Origin: Picochlorum sp. SENEW3
Lineage: Eukaryota
Length of the DNA: 64,000 nt
Direction of reading: 5' to 3'
NCBI GenBank assembly: GCA_034226945.1
Contig: CP120462.1
Location: 62,001-126,000 of the forward strand
Positions within the stretch are counted from its first letter, which is position 1. Each line of letters opens with the position of its first letter. The position numbers and the translations under genes were made by a program. The notes below the pieces were generated by a model, which saw only the letters and a program-made list of their open reading frames with translations, was not told the origin of the DNA and searched no databases. This document shows positions 56,357 through 64,000 of this stretch, piece after piece.

Positions 56357-56586
56357 CAGCACCGGTGCTGGTACCAGCCTACATATGTACATGCATGTAG
56401 GTTTGTACAAACATCATGATCATGATGTTTCTGATCAGAAGATGCGATCTCCATCCTCGCGAGCTCGCGCTCCGGAGCGAGGATCGATCCTCGAGGAGCC
56501 ATATCGATATGGGATATATATCTACCATGTATATATGCATATGCATCCATGGCCATGGGCGCGCGCGGGGCACCTATGTATACATA
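56357..56586. repeat. Chain of overlapping perfect palindromes (array C, 17 palindromes of 10 bp or more)
   Basis: Read directly, e.g. CAGCACCGGTGCTG, AAACATCATGATCATGATGTTT, CGAGGATCGATCCTCG, CCATATCGATATGG, TATGTATACATA. Confidence 0.95.
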
Positions 56587-56623
56587 TCCACCTTCATATT
56601 TTTTGCCTCTGATCGGACGAGTC

Positions 56624-56963
56624 GGCATATTTGATGGCATTTTCGGGGCATATTGATGTTTCCTGTCAAGTACGCGTTTGATGAGATGAGGATCCTGGGG
56701 TAGATCAGTTAGATTGAAAGTTGATTACTCTCCCATCGAAACCTGATTGTGATGGGAGTCTTTGCCGCCCTGCTGCGCCTCGCTAAGCTTGCTGAAGCTC
56801 CAAAACTGGCTCTTGACTGGTTCACTCATGCATTCTGGGCAGAGTGCAGGCATATTTGTTGACCAACTGGCATATTTTCTGAAATCAGCATATCGAGGGG
56901 CATATTTGCCGGACCAAATATGCCTCGAAAGCTTGATCTGGCAGATTTTCAAAGGAATATGCC
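56624..56963. repeat. Cluster of GGCATATTT-like motifs in both orientations
   Basis: Copies start at about 56624, 56636, 56647, 56849, 56869, 56899 and 56940 (+) and at 56915 and 56956 (-). Confidence 0.7.
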
Positions 56964-57188
56964 AAAAATGGAAACCCTGCTCATAAGAGGCCTAGGCCTC
57001 GGACACGGGGGATCTTTCTGGCACGGCCACGATGTTGCGTGCTCCGCGTTGAGTCGAGCAGCGTGAGGAATTCAAATGACTTATTAACCCACGCTTGATC
57101 AAGAGGCGACCCGGTCAGGGGGCATTGATGTAAAATCATACATACATATTGTCTACAACTAGTACAGGTTGAATACTCGAGAACGAGT

Positions 57189-57707
57189 ATGGCGACGTCT
57201 GTAGTGGCGAGCCAATATCAATACGCGACAACAAGAGGGGACATGATGGCTACGACGAATGCTGGGCTGGCGGAGGGGCAACGGAGGCAAGGAGGCTTTA
57301 AAGGGGATCGAGACTATCATGTGGACGCACTCATTGAAGCCTGTGAGAAGCCTGTGGTAGATGAAGGGACGATGACTGGTGTGAAGGAACGGGACTTGGT
57401 GCCATTTTTTGATACAGGTGACCTGGTTGGCGGAATGGGCTCTGCTCTGGATACGCCCGTGGGAGGGAATCAAAAGAAGCTGCGGGGGTATGGAAATGTA
57501 AACAAGGGTGGGTACTATGCTTCTCAGCAACAAGACAATTGTCCAAGAGGGAAGAAGAAGGGAGGGGATGGAAACAAGGGAGGAGCAAGGCAGTATTCGC
57601 AGAAGCAAAAAAGTGCATCTTCTTCGCCAAAGGAAAAGTATGCTGGTCCAGCTTTTACACTGAGCCCAGTGCCAGAAAGTGTTCCAAAGCCAACGTTTAT
57701 TCTGTAG
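57189..57707 (+). CDS. PNRC/Edc1-like disordered protein (candidate mRNA decapping activator)
   Basis: Low-complexity G/K/Q body ending KYAGPAFTLSPVPESVPKPTF (YAGxxF plus PxPxxxPxP). Confidence 0.7.
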   Translation: MATSVVASQYQYATTRGDMMATTNAGLAEGQRRQGGFKGDRDYHVDALIEACEKPVVDEGTMTGVKERDLVPFFDTGDLVGGMGSALDTPVGGNQKKLRGYGNVNKGGYYASQQQDNCPRGKKKGGDGNKGGARQYSQKQKSASSSPKEKYAGPAFTLSPVPESVPKPTFIL

Positions 57708-57897
57708 TGCGCGAGAAGTTGTAGGACACGTAGGTAGTTTGTGTATTATTATGAAGTTTTGTTCAGCTACAGCAGTAGAGTCAGTGGGATATGGGAAGAA
57801 TAAAGTATTGAAATTTTTTGCTTTTTTCTTCTCTGGAAACACGTCAGAGAGTTGTATAAATGATCTTTCGTGGACTTGCATGCAAGTTTTCAGAGCA

Positions 57898-58424
57898 TTG
57901 ACGCTGTATCCCGCTGCTCAGGGGACACTGCTGTTGTATGAGAAGATTATTGAGCATATGAACTCGGAAGAGCGTGAGGATGTCAATCCATTCTTCGTGG
58001 ACAGAAAAGCAATCGTAGCGGAGCAGGTTGGATGCAGCGTGGAGCAAGTGGAAGATTGCATTGCTCGATTCAAGTGGACGCAGCACATGATGAGGACTCT
58101 GGCAGCGTACAGGAAGAGGGGGAACCCAATGCCCAAAACTATGGAGGAACTGGAGCAGGTCGTAGGGCGGTGGCAAAATTTCAGGTCCAGTGAGGCAGGT
58201 TTGGCTCCATCTACAGTTTCTTCGTCGGGAAGTATTGTGATTGCGATGGATGCTGTGTCGCCAAAGGATGGAAAGCCCTGTGGGCTTGCAGGGATGACAG
58301 TAGGTCGATCGACGAAATGTCCTCGATTTTGAAAGTCTCACAAGGCGTGCTGTGGAAAGTATACACGGTAGCATATGCAAGATCAAATTTCGGTTCAAGT
58401 CCCAACACAGATGAGATGGGGCCA
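57898..58424 (+). pseudogene. 5'-truncated duplicate of the 51721-52506 gene with a premature stop
   Basis: 57908-58367 aligns with 52043-52502; CGA>TGA at 58330-58332; the 3' flank GATGAGATGGGGCCA is shared (52549 vs 58410). Confidence 0.85.
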
Positions 58425-58486
58425 TGCATTCCATGCAAGTGTTGTCCATTTATGTTGCTGCTGTTACTGTTGCTGGAGTAAACACA

Positions 58487-59509
58487 TTATGGCCTCAAAG
58501 CTGCGAATAGCACGATAATTACTGCAATAAAGTGCAGCACCGCAGAGGGAGATCCAGCTCCCACCATGGCTGCTGATACAGATGGCAAGGTATCCTTTGA
58601 TGTCACATTCTTTGCGAGAGGATAACAGGTAATGGATGCCAAGAGGTCAGAACTTTCCAGAGGCTGCCCATACTTGTATTGTTGCCATGCATTGCCATTT
58701 GAATCTTTCACAATCATGAGCCAACAATCATTTCCGATAATGTACGAATAATGCATCTGTGATTCTGTTAGGGTCTCGGTGCCAACCACCCATCCCTCTG
58801 GATATCCTGCAGTATCAACAAGCTCTTGCCATTCCTCTTCAGTCGTCACATTGGTGGTGGCTGTCTGCAATGCATACACATTATTATAGGTATCCGTTAG
58901 TGTGTACATGGTCACATTATCCTGTCCCGGCGAGGGACCGTAGGTGTATTGGGAACATTGGTTTGTCAGGATGAGGGTAACATTTCCTGGGGGTGGAACC
59001 AGCGGCACCTCCCCTTCCGCGCTGGCGACAGGATATGACTGAGAACAGTATAAATCTCCTAGATAGAACCAGGTAGCCCCATACAAATCAAAGTATTCCA
59101 AACAACTTTCTGTACAGGTCTTTGGTGAGCTCAGGGATCGGTTCCAACACTTTGTCTCGTATGCCTACACGCAAACTTGCATACGGATGTCACCGTGTCC
59201 TCAATGGTCTTTAAAATACAGTCATACCTCTGCCTCGTACACATTACCATCCTGAGCAGTCCAAGGAAAAATCTCTTGTGCTGGTGGAAGATCATCATAC
59301 AGGTATCCTGGTGTAGGAAATGATCCAATCTGTGACGTATTGAATGCATTCGTCAGTTCCACTACCCCACCACCTGTAGATGGATCATCAGGATTGGTAT
59401 AGTTGAAATTCTGAAACATCTCTGTGTAATTTGTGCATGGTTCCAAGGGCACTTGTCCCAGGACTTCACCGGAGAAGGGATATCCTTGCAGAGTTGCACT
59501 GCTACTCAT
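58487..59509 (-). CDS. Hypothetical cell-surface glycoprotein with a hydrophobic C-tail (1 clear intron)
   Basis: A GTATGA...TAG intron from 59227 joins the ORFs in frame. The protein has many NxT/S sites and a GPI/TM-like tail. A short upstream exon from 59600 could supply a signal peptide, but its donor is weak. Confidence 0.6.
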
Positions 59510-60080
59510 GCCGCATCTATTTTTTTCACTGGTATTTTAATTGATGATAATCATCGTGATGTGATATCCACAATACAATGCACAATCTTGTGATCACCAT
59601 CTTTACACGACGGGTTACGCTACGCTTTACACTACGGTGGTTCCGTACAAGCAAGCACTCTCGAGAACAAGGTGTAGCAAGAATCTAATCTCATTGACTC
59701 GGGCCAGTGTATTTTAAAAAAATACATTGTTGGTAAAACCAACAATAGATGCTCGCAATACTCGTCTTATGAGTGCCTGACCCACCTTCACCACAAAAGC
59801 AATACCATGGGACGCCTGTACGCGCTGATATCAGCATCGATGCTCATATATATCTCTTGTGCCATCCGTCACCATGACTGAGGATCAGGCGTAGGGGAGA
59901 TTCAGGAGAGATGCAGTTTGAACCATAGTATTCGAATGGGACCACCATAAAGGTGTTGCATGCATGTGGTTCAGATTTGTCATGATGATTATTGAACAGC
60001 AGTTGATGTGAAACATCTCTTTGAAAGTACAAGCAATTACAATATTCTGTACAAAGTATATGTTTATTGCGTGTCGTCAA

Positions 60081-60711
60081 TCAAGCCTGCGGGGCATTTC
60101 CTACAAAAGCTGATGTCAACAGGAAATTCTGGCAAATCTGATTCTCCCAATCCCCTTGTGCAATACCATCACCTGTGAAAGCAGGATTTGACTGGAAAGT
60201 AATGACCGTAGCGTTTGGTGTCGCTGCGCATCCAGGAAATGTATCCAATCCAGCAGAGTCCTGTACCCATGGGAAGATGACCCATCCCAACTGCCCCTTG
60301 GATGGAAAGCATGTCTGAATACCATTTGGCTGTGTCACATCCGGGAAACCTGGCACAGGCTCTGTCCCTTCCACACAATTTTCCGGTGGATTGAAATCAG
60401 TTGCGAGACCAGCTGGCTGCTCATATACATTAGCTGTGCGAATAAAGTCTCCAAAGTACTGCGTTGGAAGTGCTCTGTATGTCTGCTCTCTAATTCTCTT
60501 TGATGTGAACAGCAATCCAGCAAAGAATCCAGCCTCAATGGCATAGATGAAAAGGAATGCCAGTGCAATATACCCTGCAGGTCATCAACCATCATGTCTC
60601 GTCAGGAGCAAGAAGACTACAAACGACTCTTGTTGCACAGTTCACGTACCCCAATTTTTCCATGTATTGTTCCAAATACCCCTTCTCAGGGACTTTGGAT
60701 CCCATGTTATT
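60081..60711 (-). CDS. Hypothetical membrane-anchored protein (multi-exon, 5' end uncertain)
   Basis: Exon ...TWDPKSLRRGIWNNTWKNWG splices to YIALAFLFIYAIEAGFFAGLLF and a Pro/Cys-rich luminal part. Confidence 0.45.
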
Positions 60712-61321
60712 GTTGGTACCTATACCAAAAATGACCGATCGTGAGTACACAAGGACCAGCGACAACAGCCCTAGTTGAACCTTGTGGCATGGACCAATGC
60801 CCGACCTGTGATCCGTATCATCGTCACCACCTTTCTTCAATCCATATACCAATAGATATCTCTATCTGATGTATACAATGGGAATGCAATGCCACCTTTA
60901 TCAACAAAAACCCACCTTCATGCTACCACCAGCGCGAATTTACCCTAACTGGTCTCGACCTATCCGCTATTTGAATACCCACAAGGGCTATAGAGTAGAA
61001 TAGAACGTGATTAAATTTCAATCACTATTCCTATAATATTCCATCCAGGCTTGGTCAAGAGTGTCGAGGAACAAGGAATCCAAGGAGCAAGAAATATTCC
61101 ATCAAAACACCAATCACCATCAACACCTCCTGTTGACCGGACACTGAAACTCATGGTGCCTGTTCAAGATTCCCTTCCCAGAGCAAGATGATGTGTGTCA
61201 TTTCTCTGATGATTTTTCACAGAAATGGCATAGTTTATGTACACATGTGTGTAGCGGTATTTACACTCGAACATATCTATCATACGTACTACCCATCATC
61301 ATTCGTGGTCATGAAGAATTT

Positions 61322-62152
61322 CTATATCTTTGTACACAGAGTCAAACCATCTCCAACTGGGACAAGGGTCATATCAACCCTGGCATCGTCTCTGAGAAAT
61401 GCATTCAACTCCCGCAATGCCTCCGTCGTCTTATCATTGACTGATGGATCTGCAACTTTGCCATACCATAGCACATTATCAATCGCAATCACCCCACCCG
61501 GCCTGATCAGATGAAGCAATTCTTCATAATAGTCTCTGTATCCTCTCTTGTCAGCATCCACAAAGGCGAAATCGAAGGATTCATCGCCGTATTCCTTTCT
61601 AATATCCACCAAAGACTCCATGGCTGGAGCACAGCGGGCATCAATCACCCCAGGCACCAAATCCAACCGTTCCCAAAAGCCTTGGGCAACATCCATAGCC
61701 TCTGCATCTCTGTCCAACGCCATGAGCCTTCCATTCGATTCCTTTAGGGCTGTACCTATACATATGGAAGAATACCCAGTAAAGACCCCAATCTCGATGG
61801 CATTCTGAACCCGCAATACCTTGACGAGCCACCTCAAGAAGGAACCCTGCTCTGGACCAACAGCCATCTTTGCTGCTTTTGGAAACTGTCGCAATGTCGT
61901 CTCACGCAGTTCTTTCAGTACATCATCTTCTCTGATGTGATGTACAATGTACTCGAACAGATCGCTGTCCAAAGATGCTTTATTCGATGGATCTTTTTCT
62001 TCTCCACCGGCAGCGTGTGGTATTCCCATTATTAATCCATCACGATATGATCTTCTTTGATAGGTTACCAAATACTTCTGTAGATGCACGAAGGATCCTC
62101 GAGTCCCAAGGCATGGTTTTTCACCACTGAGACATGTCCACATGCCATGCAT
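61322..62152 (-). CDS. Class I SAM-dependent O-methyltransferase (CCoAOMT/COMTD1 family)
   Basis: PEQGSFL, IEIGVFTGYS, FDFAFVDADK, RPGGVIAIDNVLWYG, PVGDGLTL. The start may be 62029. Confidence 0.93.
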   Translation of the reverse strand: MHGMWTCLSGEKPCLGTRGSFVHLQKYLVTYQRRSYRDGLIMGIPHAAGGEEKDPSNKASLDSDLFEYIVHHIREDDVLKELRETTLRQFPKAAKMAVGPEQGSFLRWLVKVLRVQNAIEIGVFTGYSSICIGTALKESNGRLMALDRDAEAMDVAQGFWERLDLVPGVIDARCAPAMESLVDIRKEYGDESFDFAFVDADKRGYRDYYEELLHLIRPGGVIAIDNVLWYGKVADPSVNDKTTEALRELNAFLRDDARVDMTLVPVGDGLTLCTKI

Positions 62153-62236
62153 ACTTCTTCTTACTTCTTCTTGTCGTTACAACGCATTCTAGTACTATAG
62201 TATAAAATGGTTCCCAAAAACATGAATTAAAGTGAA

Positions 62237-63400
62237 TTAAATGGCAGTTGCTGATCTGGGTTGGGTATTGTTGTTGGCATTCACCTCCTGCATCATTGCC
62301 TCAAGGCGAGCTGTTGAATCTTCAAAATACGCATTCAACTGCTCTCGGAATGCAGGGTCCACTGTTCTACCCTTCCTCTCCCCGGACCACATCTTCCACG
62401 GCGTAAATGTATACGAGTCTGTATCAGCTCCAATAAACTCTAATGTACTCTTGACAGTATCTTCCACTCTGTCCTTGCTCATCTCGCTCAATGAAATAAA
62501 CCTGATATTCTTTGGGGGGAATCTGTCCAGGAATGGCTGCACTCTGTCTGCAAATGTACTGAAATACAGCGCGGCTTCAGCAGAGTAATACACATGATGT
62601 GGCAAGTCTTCTGGTAAAGGCTCATCCATGGATAAATGCTCCAGCTTTCTAAAGTACGCTGCTGCATCGACAGACAAGGATGGGTGCTTGGCAGTCTCTG
62701 TTTCCTCCGCCAGGGTCCATGGGAGATCTACCCCTGCATTACGGAGCATGATTTCTCCGCTGAACATGGCATCCACGGGATCTCGAACCATAAATATGAG
62801 TTTCGCATCCGGCGTCCACTGCTTGATGCGCTCCGCTGTGTATGGTAGGCAGGCATTCAAAGGACAGGCATCCAGGCAGAGCATCCGTTCTGCCCGCTTC
62901 AGCACCTTTTCCTTCCACCACAGCTCGATATATGTCGGGAAAAATGATGCATACCATCTCTTTGATCCAGTCGTGTCTCGACCCAAGATTCCCATGAAGA
63001 AATGCGATTCTTTGCTCAATGTTGCATCCCACGGCAGGCCATCCAGACCAACAACACCCTGGTGTCGCAGCAGATAGGTGGCAAGCGCTGTTGTGCCGCA
63101 CTTGGGAAACCCTAAGATGTAGACATCTGGAAGACGCTTTCGCATTGGCAAGGTCAGATATCGTCGAATGACATTCATGCAGTATGTTGCTTCAAAGCCA
63201 ATCCTCATGAAGAATCCTCGTGGCTGTTTCTCAGTGGAGAAGATGGACTTGGCAAACGGAATGCATTTGTAAAATGTGGACGCAGTCATCAAGCTAGGAA
63301 CTATGAAGAAGGGAGCTATGAATGATACAATCCTTGCTATCAATAGCCATATGCACGCAAATGGCAAAGAAAGCAGAATACCTGCGTCGGATGACGCCAT
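62237..63400 (-). CDS. Membrane-anchored sulfotransferase (heparan-sulfate ST-like PAPS fold)
   Basis: 5'-PSB loop PDVYILGFPKCGTTAL, KESHFF, 3'-PB motif PDAKLIFMVRDPVD..FS. Confidence 0.85.
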   Translation of the reverse strand: MASSDAGILLSLPFACIWLLIARIVSFIAPFFIVPSLMTASTFYKCIPFAKSIFSTEKQPRGFFMRIGFEATYCMNVIRRYLTLPMRKRLPDVYILGFPKCGTTALATYLLRHQGVVGLDGLPWDATLSKESHFFMGILGRDTTGSKRWYASFFPTYIELWWKEKVLKRAERMLCLDACPLNACLPYTAERIKQWTPDAKLIFMVRDPVDAMFSGEIMLRNAGVDLPWTLAEETETAKHPSLSVDAAAYFRKLEHLSMDEPLPEDLPHHVYYSAEAALYFSTFADRVQPFLDRFPPKNIRFISLSEMSKDRVEDTVKSTLEFIGADTDSYTFTPWKMWSGERKGRTVDPAFREQLNAYFEDSTARLEAMMQEVNANNNTQPRSATAI

Positions 63401-64000
63401 GGCTATTCCACACTGAAGGCTCTCTGCGCTCGCTCACTCTAGACAAAAAAAGTACAATGTATATCACTCCAGATAGATATATAGACAGTGCAGTCTCTAC
63501 GCATGGGAAAAGAACATGTCTTGATGCGATGACAACGTGTGTGTCGTCTCGTCTAAGAATTCGTACGTCCGAGGAGATCACAAGACCAAGCCTACACCAT
63601 CATTAGGAGGCTTGTCCCAAAAAAAAACTGGCGGGAACAGGATGAGGATCTATGTTCCTGTCGAATGACATGGTTGATGGGAATGCAAGGAATAGGATGC
63701 CATCATCCGAATCTTCTTTGTCATATACGCCTTACACATGGTGCATTGTCATGTACAATTTCATGTATTCCTTGATCGAATAGCATTTGTAGCCATGGCC
63801 TCTGTAGTCGCTCGTTTGAGACCAATGCTTGGACGCTCCGTCTTTGCGCCATCACAAGGCGCTGCTGGAGCGTCCAAATTCGCGATGATGCAGCCAATGA
63901 CTTCCTTCTCATCCATGAGATGGAAGGTTATGGCATCTGCAAAGACTGCCTACGTCAGCGAGACCAAGGTACGCTGCCATTCGTTCCATCTTCTTGTCCA

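Noticed and set aside
55703..56586. Synthetic multiple-cloning site or vector contamination (PacI, SbfI, AgeI, KpnI, SacI, XhoI, NcoI sites present)
   Set aside because: Palindromes extend to 12-22 bp, well beyond the recognition sites; sites recur redundantly; there are three separate clusters; and no vector backbone is recognisable. A VecScreen check is still advisable.
56344..56640. ORFs on both strands across the palindrome chain
   Set aside because: By-products of the self-complementary sequence, with no protein-like features.
55703..57103. CRISPR-like repeat-spacer array
   Set aside because: No conserved repeat unit, no regular spacing and no cas genes; the context is eukaryotic.
63600..64000. 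Partial gene at the window end
   Set aside because: No frame or splice model could be supported with confidence.

Overview
Very gene-dense eukaryotic nuclear DNA with short GT-AG introns, 10-160 bp intergenic gaps, plastid- and mitochondrion-targeted genes and TGTAA-type 3' signals. It is most consistent with a compact-genome green alga; a trebouxiophyte of the Picochlorum type is my inference. About 39 protein genes can be supported. They include CYP97C, PDX2, a type II NADH dehydrogenase, plastid L15, 2-oxoglutarate dehydrogenase E1, EAF1, D27, a CDPK, NAT10, SerRS, COX16, EME1, CHD1, VDAC, an outer-arm dynein IC-like WD40 protein, cytochrome c, NAD-IDH, PIF1, a GRIP golgin, ATG4, a sedolisin, an O-methyltransferase and a sulfotransferase. 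No rRNA, tRNA, CRISPR array or intact transposase was seen. The standout is a rearranged block at about 52.0-58.4 kb, bounded by a gene and its truncated duplicate. It contains non-coding chains of overlapping perfect palindromes (17 of 10-22 bp in about 230 bp at 56357-56586, plus smaller chains at 55703-55795 and 56049-56085) and a GGCATATTT motif cluster. The chains look like DNA built by repeated add-a-few-bases-then-snap-back synthesis. All family calls come from motif recognition by eye; no searches were run.
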